A DNA stretch of 64,000 bases. It comes from Alphaproteobacteria bacterium (GTDB lineage Bacteria > Pseudomonadota > Alphaproteobacteria > CALKHQ01). The stretch is from positions 3,360,001-3,424,000 of the forward strand of contig CBDDFZ010000001.1 of NCBI GenBank assembly GCA_965227515.1, given 5' to 3'. Positions within the stretch are counted from its first letter, which is position 1. Each line of letters starts with the position of its first letter. A program made the translations under genes and the position numbers. Below, one piece after another: positions 1 to 10,028 of this stretch. The notes under the pieces were generated by a model. That model ran no database searches and was not told where the DNA came from. It worked only from the letters and a program-made list of their open reading frames with translations.

Positions 1-309
1 CGCCTGCTTGGCCGCCAGGTTCTCCGGCCCGGCCTCCAGCACCAGGGCAGGATCGGTAGGCGCGCCTTGCAGGCTGGCCACAACGGCGATGCGCGCCGCC
101 GCGTCGTCGGGTGCCGATACCGCGAGCCCGGCGTCCCGCATGGTCGCGTGGCGGCGCGCGATGTCGGCGCCAAGATCGCCGCGCCGCGCGTCATCGGGCT
201 CGATCAGCCAGACCCGCGCACCGTGGTCGGCGAACACCGTGGCCAGGCTGGCGCCAATGGCCCCGCCGCCGACAACCACCACGCCTAGCTCGCCGGATTC
301 GCTCGTCAA
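1..309 (-). CDS. 3-hydroxyacyl-CoA dehydrogenase family protein, N-terminal part (runs off the window edge)
   Basis: Manual translation from TTG at 309 (GAGG upstream): MTSESGELGVVVVGGGAIGASLATVFADHG...LVLEAGPENLAAKQ, with a Rossmann GxGxxG and the family E-x-x-P-E-N-L-x-x-K motif. Confidence 0.75.
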   Translation of the reverse strand, partial: MTSESGELGVVVVGGGAIGASLATVFADHGARVWLIEPDDARRGDLGADIARRHATMRDAGLAVSAPDDAAARIAVVASLQGAPTDPALVLEAGPENLAAKQA

Positions 310-320
310 TGTTGCCTCGG

Positions 321-355
321 TCGCTCGCAATTTCCGAATTCGCACAAACGTGCGA
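321..355. promoter_or_regulatory. Putative tandem operator, copy 1 (perfect palindrome TCGCAC-AAAC-GTGCGA at 340-355; degenerate site at 321)
   Basis: Lies in the divergent intergenic region; the same motif recurs at 2215, 6227, 10946 and 16269. Confidence 0.65.
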
Positions 356-395
356 TGTTGCTGCCCAGCCTACACGCATACGCCGGAGAAGTCGC

Positions 396-1169
396 ATGGA
401 TCGAACGCCACCGCCCCGCATTCTCAATGGGCGATCCGCCGTCATCACCGGCGGCGCGCGGGGCCTGGGCCGCGCGATCGCGGATCTGTTCGAGGCAGCG
501 GGCGCGCAGATCACGATCTGCGACCTGCCCGACGTACTCAAGCAGACCGACGTGCCGGAAAACTGGTGGGCGGAACCTCTCGACCTGGCAACCGCCGAAG
601 CCGAGGAGTATCTCGCCACGGTTGCCACCGACCTGCGCGCCGTCGACATCGTCGTCGCCAATGCCGGTGTCGTCCCGCCGTGGCGGCGGATTGCCGACCT
701 CGACCGTGGGGAATGGGACAGGGTCTTCGCGGTCAACGTTTGGGGGGCCGCGGCGACGCTGAAGGCGTTTGCGCCGGCCCTCGCCCGCTCAGATCGTGCC
801 AGCGCGATTCTGATGGCCTCGATCAACGGCTACCGCGCCCATCCCGACCAGACTCTCTACACCGCGACCAAGCACGCGGTGGTCGGGCTGATGCGCGCCG
901 CGGCGCTGGACATGGGCCGCGACGGCATCCGGGTGAATGCGCTTGCCCCCGGCCCGATTGCCACCGATGCGTTGCAGGGCCGCATTGCCACCCGCCATGC
1001 CCAGGGCGGTCCGGCGCCGGACGATGCGATTGCCGCACTGGCTGCAGAAACCGCGCTCGGCCGCATCGCCACGGCTCAGGACGTGGCGAACGCCGCGCTC
1101 TACCTCGCCAGCGACCTGTCGGCCGGTGTTACCGGCACGCTGCACCCGGTGGAGTGCGGGTTGGGGTGA
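396..1169 (+). CDS. SDR family NAD(P)-dependent oxidoreductase
   Basis: TGGARGLG, NAG and YTATK motifs; ATG at 396 follows GGAG. Confidence 0.9.
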   Translation: MDRTPPPRILNGRSAVITGGARGLGRAIADLFEAAGAQITICDLPDVLKQTDVPENWWAEPLDLATAEAEEYLATVATDLRAVDIVVANAGVVPPWRRIADLDRGEWDRVFAVNVWGAAATLKAFAPALARSDRASAILMASINGYRAHPDQTLYTATKHAVVGLMRAAALDMGRDGIRVNALAPGPIATDALQGRIATRHAQGGPAPDDAIAALAAETALGRIATAQDVANAALYLASDLSAGVTGTLHPVECGLG

Positions 1170-1188
1170 GACTCATGCACGGCTAGTT

Positions 1189-1274
1189 GTAGCCTGGGTG
1201 GAACGAAGTGCAACCCAGGGCACTTCGCGCAACCCCGGTAACCCCCGGGTTACGCTGCGCTTCACCCGGGCTAC
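1189..1274. repeat. GTAG-type REP-like inverted dimer
   Basis: GTAGCCTGGGTGGAACG...CAACCCAGGG on the left, CCCGGGTTACGCTGCGCTTCACCCGGGCTAC on the right; GTAG/CTAC ends; sits between convergent genes. Confidence 0.75.
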
Positions 1275-1294
1275 GGATTCTTGCCGTGGGATCC

Positions 1295-2137
1295 CTACCC
1301 CTTCCGGGCTTCCCAGCCGTGCTGCGCCATGATGTCGTGGCTGACGCGGAAATCCTCGTCGGGGTCGGTGCCGGGCTGCAGCTTGTCGGCGATCATTTCC
1401 AGCACCGTCACCTCGCTGTAGCCGATCTCCTGCAGGGCCGCGCCGGCCGCTGCGGTGTCGACCACGCCGGTACCGAGGCGGGTGTGCAGGAATTCGTCAT
1501 AGCCGGAGTCCGACATGTGCACGTTCTTGATCAGCGACCCCAGCATGCGGATGGCGCCGGGCACGTCTTCCTTGATGTAGGCTGAGTTGCAGACATCGAA
1601 GTTGACGCCGACTTCCGGGCCGATCAGCTCTGCCGTCGACTTCATGTCCTCCGCCGTCGGCAGGAACGCGAACGGCACGTTCTCCATCAGCATCTCGACC
1701 CCGGCGCCCTTGGCGTGGGCGACCAGTTCCTTCATGCCCTCCACGAACCATTCCAGCATCCATTCGTGGGGCGGGTTGATCAGGCTGTTCACCGGGCCGG
1801 GAATGCACACCACGTAGGGGCACTTCCACTGCGCGGCGAGGTCGATCGCCTCCAGATAGCGGTCCAGCGTGTAGCGGCGCATCAGCACGTCGACGCCGTT
1901 GGGGTTGTTGTCCAGTAGCGGATAGCAGAACGAGGTGATGGCGGTGCCCTCCCCATCCATCCAGCTCGCCACTTCCTTCTTCTGGCCGGCGGTCATCTCG
2001 CGCGGCCAGCAGTGGGGCGGGAACACCAGCATTTCATAGGCGTCGTAGCCCAGGCCGTGCAGGTGCTTAATGGCATCGAAGCCGCTGTGGGAATAGAGAT
2101 ATGGAAACGTACTCGCTGCGACTTTCATGCCGGCCAT
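1295..2137 (-). CDS. Sugar phosphate isomerase/epimerase family (xylose-isomerase-like TIM barrel)
   Basis: Metal-ligand pattern MENVP, NFDVCN, VHMSD, VLEM; start trimmed to MAGMKV. Confidence 0.85.
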   Translation of the reverse strand: MAGMKVAASTFPYLYSHSGFDAIKHLHGLGYDAYEMLVFPPHCWPREMTAGQKKEVASWMDGEGTAITSFCYPLLDNNPNGVDVLMRRYTLDRYLEAIDLAAQWKCPYVVCIPGPVNSLINPPHEWMLEWFVEGMKELVAHAKGAGVEMLMENVPFAFLPTAEDMKSTAELIGPEVGVNFDVCNSAYIKEDVPGAIRMLGSLIKNVHMSDSGYDEFLHTRLGTGVVDTAAAGAALQEIGYSEVTVLEMIADKLQPGTDPDEDFRVSHDIMAQHGWEARKG

Positions 2138-2214
2138 CGGCTGCACCCCCGTTTTTGGTCGTTTGGTCGGTCGTCTGTTCGGCCTTTTCGTGCGCGCCCA
2201 GATTTGTTCTATAT

Positions 2215-2249
2215 GCGCACGTTTGTAACTATATCGCACACCGACCTGC
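2215..2249. promoter_or_regulatory. Putative tandem operator, copy 2
   Basis: GCGCAC-GTTT-GTAACT at 2215, then TCGCAC 19 bp later at 2234; divergent intergenic region. Confidence 0.55.
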
Positions 2250-2273
2250 CTTCAACGGGTTTCCGGAGCCGCC

Positions 2274-3374
2274 GTGACCAGCCACTTGTTCTCTCCCTTC
2301 CGCCTGCGCGGCCTGGAGCTTGCCAACCGCATCGTCGTCGCCCCCATGTGCCAGTATTCCGCCACCGACGGTGTGGTCGGCGACTGGCACCTGATGCACC
2401 TGGGCCATCTGGCACTGGCCGCACCGGGCCTGCTGCTGATCGAGGCGACGGGGGTGGAGCCGCAGGGCCGCATCTCGCCCAACTGCACCGGCCTGTACTC
2501 GGATGCCTGCGAGCAGGCGTTCGCGCGGGTGGTCGAGTTCTGCCGTGAGATCTCGCCGACGCCGATCGGCATCCAGCTCGGCCACGCCGGCCGCAAGGGC
2601 TCGACCACGGCGCCCTGGCTGGGCGGCCAGCCGCTGGGGCCGGACGAGGACCCGTGGGTGCCGGATGCGCCCTCCGCCGTGCCCTATTTGGAGCATTGGG
2701 AGACCCCCACCGCACTCGACGCAGCAGGTTTGGCCCGCGTGCGCGACGCATTCGCTGACGCAGCCCGGCGCGCGGCCCGGCTCGACCTCGACATCATCGA
2801 GGTGCATGCCGCCCACGGCTATCTGTTGCACCAGTTCCTCTCGCCGCTGAGCAACCGGCGCGACGACGCCTATGGCGGCGACCTGGAGGCCCGGATGCGC
2901 TTTCCGCTGGAGGTTTTCGACGCGGTGCGCGACGTGTTCCCCGACGACAAGCCGGTGATCGTGCGGCTGTCGGCGACCGACTGGGTCGACGGCGGCTGGG
3001 ACATGGAGCAGAGCGTCGCGTTCTCTGAGGCGCTGAAGGCGCGCGGCTGCGACGCCATCCACGTTACCAGCGGCGGGCTCAGCCAGGACCAAGCGATCGA
3101 GGTCGGCCCCGGCTACCAGACCGGCTTTGCCGCCGAAATCGGGCGCCAGACTGGCATGCCGGTCATCGCGGTCGGCCAGATCACCGAGCCGGTGCAGGCC
3201 GAGACCATCGTCAAGACCGGCCAGGCCGATTTAGTGGCGCTGGCCCGGGGCATGCTGTGGGACCCGCGCTGGGTGTGGAAGGCGGCACTGGAACTGGGTG
3301 CGGAGATCGAGCTGCCGGCGCCCTACGCGCGCTGCAACCCGGCGCTGCGCGCCAAGCCGTTCGTGAAGAGGTAG
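2274..3374 (+). CDS. NADH:flavin oxidoreductase, old yellow enzyme family (YqjM/XenA-like)
   Basis: APMCQYSA, QLGHAGRK and HAAHGYLLHQF motifs. Confidence 0.92.
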   Translation: MTSHLFSPFRLRGLELANRIVVAPMCQYSATDGVVGDWHLMHLGHLALAAPGLLLIEATGVEPQGRISPNCTGLYSDACEQAFARVVEFCREISPTPIGIQLGHAGRKGSTTAPWLGGQPLGPDEDPWVPDAPSAVPYLEHWETPTALDAAGLARVRDAFADAARRAARLDLDIIEVHAAHGYLLHQFLSPLSNRRDDAYGGDLEARMRFPLEVFDAVRDVFPDDKPVIVRLSATDWVDGGWDMEQSVAFSEALKARGCDAIHVTSGGLSQDQAIEVGPGYQTGFAAEIGRQTGMPVIAVGQITEPVQAETIVKTGQADLVALARGMLWDPRWVWKAALELGAEIELPAPYARCNPALRAKPFVKR

Positions 3375-3383
3375 GGGAACACG

Positions 3384-4151
3384 ATGACCGATCTTTCCGG
3401 CAAGACCGTGCTGGTCACCGGCGCCTCCAAGGGCATCGGGGCCGCCATCGCCGCGACCGTTGGCGCCGCTGGGGCCCATGTCGCCGCGCACTACGGCCGC
3501 GACCGCGACGGCGTTGAGGTGGCGACCGCCGATATTCCGGCGGACCGCCTGAAACTGATCGCGGCCGATTTCAGCGACCCCGCCTCGGCCGACGAGGTCT
3601 GGGCGCAGGCCACCGCTTGGCGCGGCGGGGTCGACGTGCTGGTCAACAACGCCGCCGTCATGCGGCTGAAGGGCGGCATCGACGACGACATCGCCGCCTG
3701 GGACGAGGTGTGGGACGAGGCACTGAAGGTGAACGTGCTGGCCCCTGCCCGGCTGATGCGCGCGGCTACCCGCGCCTTCGTCGCGGCCGGCGGCGGCAGC
3801 CTGATCACGCTGTCGAGCTGGGTCGCCACCCGCGGCACCGCCAACCCGCAGGGCATCGCCTATGCCGCCAGCAAGGCGGCGATGCTGGCCGCGACCAAGA
3901 CCGTGGCCCGCGCCTACGCCAAGCAGGGCGTGCTCGCCTATGTCATCGCGCCCGGCGTGGTGCGCACCCAGATGTCCATCGACAGCGCGGCCACACTGGG
4001 CGGCGAGGATGCGGTGACCGCCGGGCTCGCCATGGGCGAGTGGGTGCCGCCGAGCGACCTCGCCGAACTGGTCGTGTTCCTCGCCTCCGGCCGCTGCCGC
4101 CACCTGACCGGCGCCACCCTCGACGTCAACGGCGCCACCTACATGCGGTGA
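3384..4151 (+). CDS. SDR family oxidoreductase
   Basis: TGASKGIG, NNAA and YAASK motifs. Confidence 0.9.
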   Translation: MTDLSGKTVLVTGASKGIGAAIAATVGAAGAHVAAHYGRDRDGVEVATADIPADRLKLIAADFSDPASADEVWAQATAWRGGVDVLVNNAAVMRLKGGIDDDIAAWDEVWDEALKVNVLAPARLMRAATRAFVAAGGGSLITLSSWVATRGTANPQGIAYAASKAAMLAATKTVARAYAKQGVLAYVIAPGVVRTQMSIDSAATLGGEDAVTAGLAMGEWVPPSDLAELVVFLASGRCRHLTGATLDVNGATYMR

Positions 4152-4231
4152 CATTCAGTTCAAGACAATTGATAATGCTGGCCAAACCGACACTGGATTT
4201 CATGAATTGAATGCATTGAGGGGAGGCCAGA

Positions 4232-5206
4232 TTGTCCGACGATCAGCGCTTCGAGGAAGCCTACGCCACCCAGGTGGCGCCGCATCTGCCGGAATTGGAG
4301 GCACTGCGCCAGAGTTACCGCAAGCAACGGCTCAACACGGCGTTGGTCATCACCGCCGTTGGCGTTGCGGTGGTCATCGCCACGGCAGCCGGGTTTATTG
4401 GAAGCGGATTCAGCCGGATCATTATCATTTTGGTCTCAATGGTAGGCATCGCCGTTGGCTGGTTCCTCGTCTACGCGAAGTATGCCGAGCGTTACCGCGC
4501 CGCGCTGAAAGAGCGCGTGATGAATGTGATGTGCGGTCTTGTCGGGGACATGGAGTGGTCCGGCAAGAGCGTGGGCCATCACATCGTTACGGCCTCTCGG
4601 GACATTGGCGTGGTGCCGAAAGGCAACCGCACCAAGGTGGACGACCAGTTCTCCGGTCGCTACCGGGACTGCGAGTTCCACTTGATCGACCTGGAGGTGT
4701 GGCGGGAAACGAACAGCGGCAGCGACAACACCTCCAGCAGCAAGCGCGTCTTCAACGGCCTCGCGCTGAGCGTATCGGTGCCGCAGCAATTCGACACCCG
4801 CCTCGTCCTCGACCGGGACTACGGCCGGGTCGGCAACGCCATCTCCAACTGGTTTGCCGGCTTCAAGGGCTGGCGCAAGGTCGCCTTCGAAGACGACCCC
4901 GACTTTGAGCGGGCGTTCGAGGTTCGCGCGGAGGACGAGGCGGGTGCGCGCGAGCTACTGTCGCCGGGCTTTCGCCGCATCATGATGACACTGTGCCAAA
5001 GGTTTCCTGACGCCCGGCTGCGGGCCGGTTTCGTCAACGGTGAATTCCTGCTCTCGCTGGAGATGAAGGGGCGTTCCTTCGAGCCGGGGAACATCCACAT
5101 GCCGGTCGCCGATCTCGAGCCCGTCCTGCGCGCGATGCAGGCCGAACTCAGGATCGGCCACGACATCATCGACATCCTGCACGGGGATGCGGCGGTCACC
5201 TCATGA
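4232..5206 (+). CDS. Membrane-anchored protein, DUF3137-like
   Basis: Two N-terminal TM helices followed by a soluble domain containing DFERAFEVRAEDEAGARELLSP; TTG start after GGAGG. Confidence 0.65.
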   Translation: MSDDQRFEEAYATQVAPHLPELEALRQSYRKQRLNTALVITAVGVAVVIATAAGFIGSGFSRIIIILVSMVGIAVGWFLVYAKYAERYRAALKERVMNVMCGLVGDMEWSGKSVGHHIVTASRDIGVVPKGNRTKVDDQFSGRYRDCEFHLIDLEVWRETNSGSDNTSSSKRVFNGLALSVSVPQQFDTRLVLDRDYGRVGNAISNWFAGFKGWRKVAFEDDPDFERAFEVRAEDEAGARELLSPGFRRIMMTLCQRFPDARLRAGFVNGEFLLSLEMKGRSFEPGNIHMPVADLEPVLRAMQAELRIGHDIIDILHGDAAVTS

Positions 5207-5240
5207 TCGTCATGGTCGGGACAAGCCCGAGCATGACGAT
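5206..5240. repeat. Single CGTC-type hairpin arm, possible bidirectional terminator
   Basis: ATCGTCATGGTCGGG-ACAAG-CCCGAGCATGACGAT between convergent genes; near-identical to the right arm at 9083-9113. Confidence 0.7.
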
Positions 5241-5254
5241 GGTGTTCAGGCGCC

Positions 5255-6205
5255 TTACTGCGCCGCGGTCGCGGTGGCCTGCAACTCGTCCACCAGGTCG
5301 TCGAGCTGCTGCATGATCGGCACCAGGCGCTCCAACCGCTGCTCGCCTTCCGCGCCGAGGGCGGCGAAGGTGGTCAGCGGCGCGCGCACGTCGCCGACCG
5401 GGTAACCCGCCGCCCGCGCCAATGCCTTGGAATAGCACTGGTGGCCGTAGGTCGGGTGCCCCTCGCCGATGATCTCCTGCATGTGGTCGATCAGCCGCTG
5501 GATCCGCTTGGCGTCCTCCCACCGGCCCTGCTCGCAGTAGTCGCAGAACAGCCACGAGGCGCGCGGCACGTAGTTGCCGTAAGGGTTCACATAGCCCTTG
5601 GCGCCGAGCGCATAGGACTCCACCACCCGCTCGCCGGCCCACACGTTCATCACGCCCTCGGTCGCCTCGATGATGTCGTACACCCGGGCGACGTCCATCG
5701 ATGCTTCCTTGATGTAGCGGACCTGCTCGAACGCCGCTGTGATCTTCGCCACCAGCTTCGCCGACATGTCGACATTGGTGGTGAACGGGTTGTTGTAGAG
5801 CATGATCGGCAAGTTAACTTTCTCACATATCGATCTGTAATAGTTGAATATTTCGTCCTCGGTCGGCGTGTAGTAGTAGGGCGGCACGATCATCAGGCCA
5901 TCGGCGCCCAGAGCCTCCGCCTCGGCCGAGTAGCGCACGGCATTCGGGGTGTGCGCGTTCATGGTGCCGACCAGAACCGGGATGCGCCCGGCGATGTGCT
6001 TCACCGTCGCTTCCACGAACGCGCTGCGCTCGTCGTCGGTCAGGGTCAGGAATTCGCCGGTGGTGCCCAGGATGATGATGCCCGGCACGCCCGTCTCAAG
6101 CTGCCAGTCCAGGAATGCGCGCCAACGGTCGTAGTCGATCGCCGAGCCGTCGTCGGTGAACGGCGTGATCGTGACGGTGTAGCTGCCCCGAAACGTTTGG
6201 CTCAT
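5255..6205 (-). CDS. Dihydrodipicolinate synthase (DapA/NAL) family lyase or deaminase
   Basis: GTTGE, PPYY, YNNP and IKEAS (Schiff-base Lys) motifs; start at MSQTF after GGAGG. Confidence 0.88.
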   Translation of the reverse strand: MSQTFRGSYTVTITPFTDDGSAIDYDRWRAFLDWQLETGVPGIIILGTTGEFLTLTDDERSAFVEATVKHIAGRIPVLVGTMNAHTPNAVRYSAEAEALGADGLMIVPPYYYTPTEDEIFNYYRSICEKVNLPIMLYNNPFTTNVDMSAKLVAKITAAFEQVRYIKEASMDVARVYDIIEATEGVMNVWAGERVVESYALGAKGYVNPYGNYVPRASWLFCDYCEQGRWEDAKRIQRLIDHMQEIIGEGHPTYGHQCYSKALARAAGYPVGDVRAPLTTFAALGAEGEQRLERLVPIMQQLDDLVDELQATATAAQ

Positions 6206-6226
6206 GGCCACCTCCCCTAAGCACTT

Positions 6227-6251
6227 GCGCACAACTGTGCGAAATAGCACA
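6227..6251. promoter_or_regulatory. Putative tandem operator, copy 3
   Basis: GCGCAC-AACT-GTGCGA at 6227-6242, then TAGCAC at 6245; divergent intergenic region. Confidence 0.65.
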
Positions 6252-6281
6252 CAACGACATGACCGCACCACTCCCGCCACG

Positions 6282-7382
6282 ATGAGTCTCACCCGAACCG
6301 ACGTTCTGATCGTCGGCGGCGGGCTCGTCGGCTGCGCCACGGCCTATTACCTGGCGCGCGAGGGCGTCGGCGTGACGGTCGTGGAGCGCAATGACCTCAA
6401 CACCGCGGCATCGGGCGCCAATGCCGGCTCGCTGCACGTGCAACTGCCCTACGAGGATTTTGTCGCCAAGGGCGAGGAGTGGGCGCGCGCGTTCGGGCCG
6501 ACCCAGGTCCTGCTGCGGGACTCGGTGGCGATGTGGGCCACCCTGTCCGACGAGCTGGGCGAGAACCTGGACGTGGCGCAGAAGGGCGGCTTGCTGGTCG
6601 CCGAGACCGACGCGCAGATGGCGAACCTTGCCCGCATGGCGGCGATCCAGCGGGAGCAAGGCATCGAGATCGACCTGCTGGGCCGCGACGACCTGCGCGC
6701 CCTCGCCCCCTACATCACCGAGTGTGCCATTGGTGCCGCCTACTGCGCCAGCGAGGGCAAGGCCAACCCACTGCGGGCGACGCCGGCCTTCGCCCGAGCC
6801 GCGCGCGGGCTGGGTGCCCGCATCCTCACCCACACCACGCTAGACGGCTTGGAGACGGACGGCAGCGGCTACCGGGCGACGACTTCGGCCGGCACGATCG
6901 CTGCCGGCCGGGTGGTGAACGCGGCCGGCGCCGAGGCGGCCAGTGTGGCGGCCATGTTGGGGGTGGATATCCCGGTCGAGGGCTGGCCGTTGCAGGTCAG
7001 CGTGACCGAGCCCCTCGCCCCGCTGGTCCCGCACCTGGTCTATTCCGCCGCGCAGAGGCTGACATGCAAGCAGATGGCGAACGGCACCTGCATCATCGGC
7101 GGCGGCTGGCCTTCCACGAGGCGGGCCGACGGCCGGCTTGCGGTCAACCCGCATTCGCTGACCGGCAACATGGCGACCGCCATCGGCGTCGTGCCGGCGC
7201 TGGCGACGGCCCGCGTGGTGCGCACATGGCCGGCGGCCGTCAACGGCACGCCGAACTGGCAGCCGATCATCGGCGAGGCGCCCGGCCGTCCCGGCTTCTT
7301 CATCGCGGCGTTCCCGTGGATGGGTTTCACCGCCGGCCCGATCACCGCGCGAATGACGGCTGATTTGGTGCTGGGGCGGTAG
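6282..7382 (+). CDS. FAD-dependent oxidoreductase, DAO / sarcosine-oxidase-beta family
   Basis: IVGGGLVG, ASGANAG, VVNAAGA and GFTAGP motifs; start at MSLTRTD. Confidence 0.88.
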   Translation: MSLTRTDVLIVGGGLVGCATAYYLAREGVGVTVVERNDLNTAASGANAGSLHVQLPYEDFVAKGEEWARAFGPTQVLLRDSVAMWATLSDELGENLDVAQKGGLLVAETDAQMANLARMAAIQREQGIEIDLLGRDDLRALAPYITECAIGAAYCASEGKANPLRATPAFARAARGLGARILTHTTLDGLETDGSGYRATTSAGTIAAGRVVNAAGAEAASVAAMLGVDIPVEGWPLQVSVTEPLAPLVPHLVYSAAQRLTCKQMANGTCIIGGGWPSTRRADGRLAVNPHSLTGNMATAIGVVPALATARVVRTWPAAVNGTPNWQPIIGEAPGRPGFFIAAFPWMGFTAGPITARMTADLVLGR

Positions 7383-7396
7383 ACGGTTCAAACACG

Positions 7397-7560
7397 ATTG
7401 TCGCCCTCGCCCTTGTGGCGAGGGCCCATTTTTGGGCCGGTAGAGATGACGCTGAGGTACCGGCACCATCCGGGCCGACCTCCGGCGAGCGTCTACGTAA
7501 CTCCGCCCATTCGCGAATTGGACTTGGATGGGCCCTCGCCACAAGGGCGAGGGCGACAAT
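7397..7560. repeat. Inverted-repeat element, long subfamily (33-bp perfect arms)
   Basis: ATTGTCGCCCTCGCCCTTGTGGCGAGGGCCCAT at 7397-7429 and its exact reverse complement at 7528-7560. Confidence 0.9.
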
Positions 7561-7570
7561 ATTTCTTCCC

Positions 7571-8335
<765 letters not shown>

Positions 8336-9026
8336 GTCGTTTTTCCAGATACTGCCCGTAACGGCTGAGCGGGTAGGAGATGATGAAGTAGCAAAGGGCC
8401 ACGGTGCCGAACACCAGCACACCGGAATAACCCTGGTTGTTCAGTTCCTTGCCGCGGAACGTTAACTCAAAGACGCCGATCTGGCTGACCAGTGCCGTGT
8501 CCTTGATGAAGGACACCGCGAAGGCAACCGCCGGCGGGATGATGACCGGCCAGGCCTGCGGCAGCACAACGCTGGTCAGCGTGCGCAGGCGGCCCATGTT
8601 CATGGCGCGCGCCGCCTCGATTTGCTGGCGCGGCACCGATTCCAGGCCGCCGCGGATGATCTCGGCGGAATACGCGATGGCGTAGATGCAGATCGCGACC
8701 ACCGCGATGGTGAACAGCGAGGCGTCCTGCACGAACGCCTGGATGAAGAACAGCACCAGGTAGACGATGACCAGGAACGGGATGCGGCGGAACACCTCGA
8801 CATAGGCGATGCATAGCCAGCGCATGGGCATCGCCGCCAGGCCCGGGGTCTGGCGCAGGTAGACCAGCACGAAGGCAAGCCCGAAGCCGATCAGGCAGCC
8901 GATGGCGGTCATCCCCACCGTCACCCCGGCGGCCTCGACCAGCAGCACCATGTTGTTCCAGGAGAAGAACCGCGGCGCCTGTTCCAGAATGCGGTCCATG
9001 GCTCAGGCGGTCCGCCTCTTCTCTGA

Positions 9027-9113
9027 CGTCATGCCCGCACTTGTTGCGGGCATCCACGTCTTGGCAACATCGGACGTAAGTCGTGGATGCTCGGGACAAG
9101 CCCGAGCATGACG
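9027..9113. repeat. CGTC-type REP inverted dimer
   Basis: CGTCATGCCCGCACTTGTTGCGGGCATCCACG ... CGTGGATGCTCGGGACAAGCCCGAGCATGACG. Confidence 0.9.
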
Positions 9114-9148
9114 AGGTGGGTTGGCGGACAAAATGGGCGCAATCAACA

Positions 9149-9826
9149 TCAAAATACCTTGGCCTTGACGCGGAAGGCCCAGCGGCCGACCAGTGCCAGC
9201 CCGATGGAGGCGATGAAGGTGAGCACCACGTACATGCCGGCGGCGACGGAGAAGTATTCCAGCCAGCGGTAGTTGACGGTGGAGAGGTTGATCGCCTGGC
9301 CGGTCAGCTCGTCGACGCCGATCACGGCACCGACCGAGGTGCCCATCACCAGGATGACGACGAAGAAGTTGGCCAGCGCCGGATAGATGGTCTTCGCGAT
9401 GTGCGGCACGATGATGTACCAGACCTGCTGGCGGATCGACATTCCGAGCGTGATGCCCGCCTCCATCTCGGTGCGGCGCACCGACAGGAAGCCCGCGCGC
9501 ATGATGATGGCGAGGTAGGCGCCGGCATTCAGCGTCAGCCCGATCAGCACGCAGAGCTCGTTCGACAGCACGATCCCGAAATCGGGCAGCCCGTGATAGA
9601 GGAAATAGATCTGGATCAGCGCCGGCGTGTTGGTCAGGAACACGATGTAGACGTTGACGAACCAGCCGGCGACCCGGCCGCCGAAGCTGGTGATCGCGGC
9701 CAGGACCAGGCCGATCAGCGCCCCGCCCCAGAACGCCATGACGCCCAGTTGGAACGTCAGCAACGCGCCGTCCAGCAGCTCGCCGATGTTGTCCCAGACG
9801 ATGCCGTATTGGAACGTGTAGTTCAT
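9149..9826 (-). CDS. Polar amino acid ABC transporter permease
   Basis: TNTPALIQIYFLY, LNAGAY and EAGITLGM motifs. Confidence 0.9.
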   Translation of the reverse strand: MNYTFQYGIVWDNIGELLDGALLTFQLGVMAFWGGALIGLVLAAITSFGGRVAGWFVNVYIVFLTNTPALIQIYFLYHGLPDFGIVLSNELCVLIGLTLNAGAYLAIIMRAGFLSVRRTEMEAGITLGMSIRQQVWYIIVPHIAKTIYPALANFFVVILVMGTSVGAVIGVDELTGQAINLSTVNYRWLEYFSVAAGMYVVLTFIASIGLALVGRWAFRVKAKVF

Positions 9827-9836
9827 TACGCCTCAA

Positions 9837-10006
9837 CGTCGTCCTCGCCCCTGTGGCGAGGACCCATTCCTGTCCAACGCGTCGATAGCCCAACGAGTAT
9901 GCGGTGAGTAGCTGGCAGCTTCGGAGCCGTCAGCCAAGATATCGCCCACTACGCAGGAACCCTGCCCCCGGAAAAATGGGCCCTCGCCACAAGGGCGAGG
10001 GCGACG
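9837..10006. repeat. Inverted-repeat element, long subfamily
   Basis: CGTCGTCCTCGCCCCTGTGGCGAGGACCCATT ... AATGGGCCCTCGCCACAAGGGCGAGGGCGACG. Confidence 0.9.
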
Positions 10007-10028
10007 AAAAGATTTCTGGTGCAGGCGA

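Noticed and set aside
5811-5855. AT-rich patch inside the DapA-like gene
   Set aside because: The frame stays open and encodes a plausible family segment (EIFNYYRSICEKVNLP); there is no sign of an insertion.
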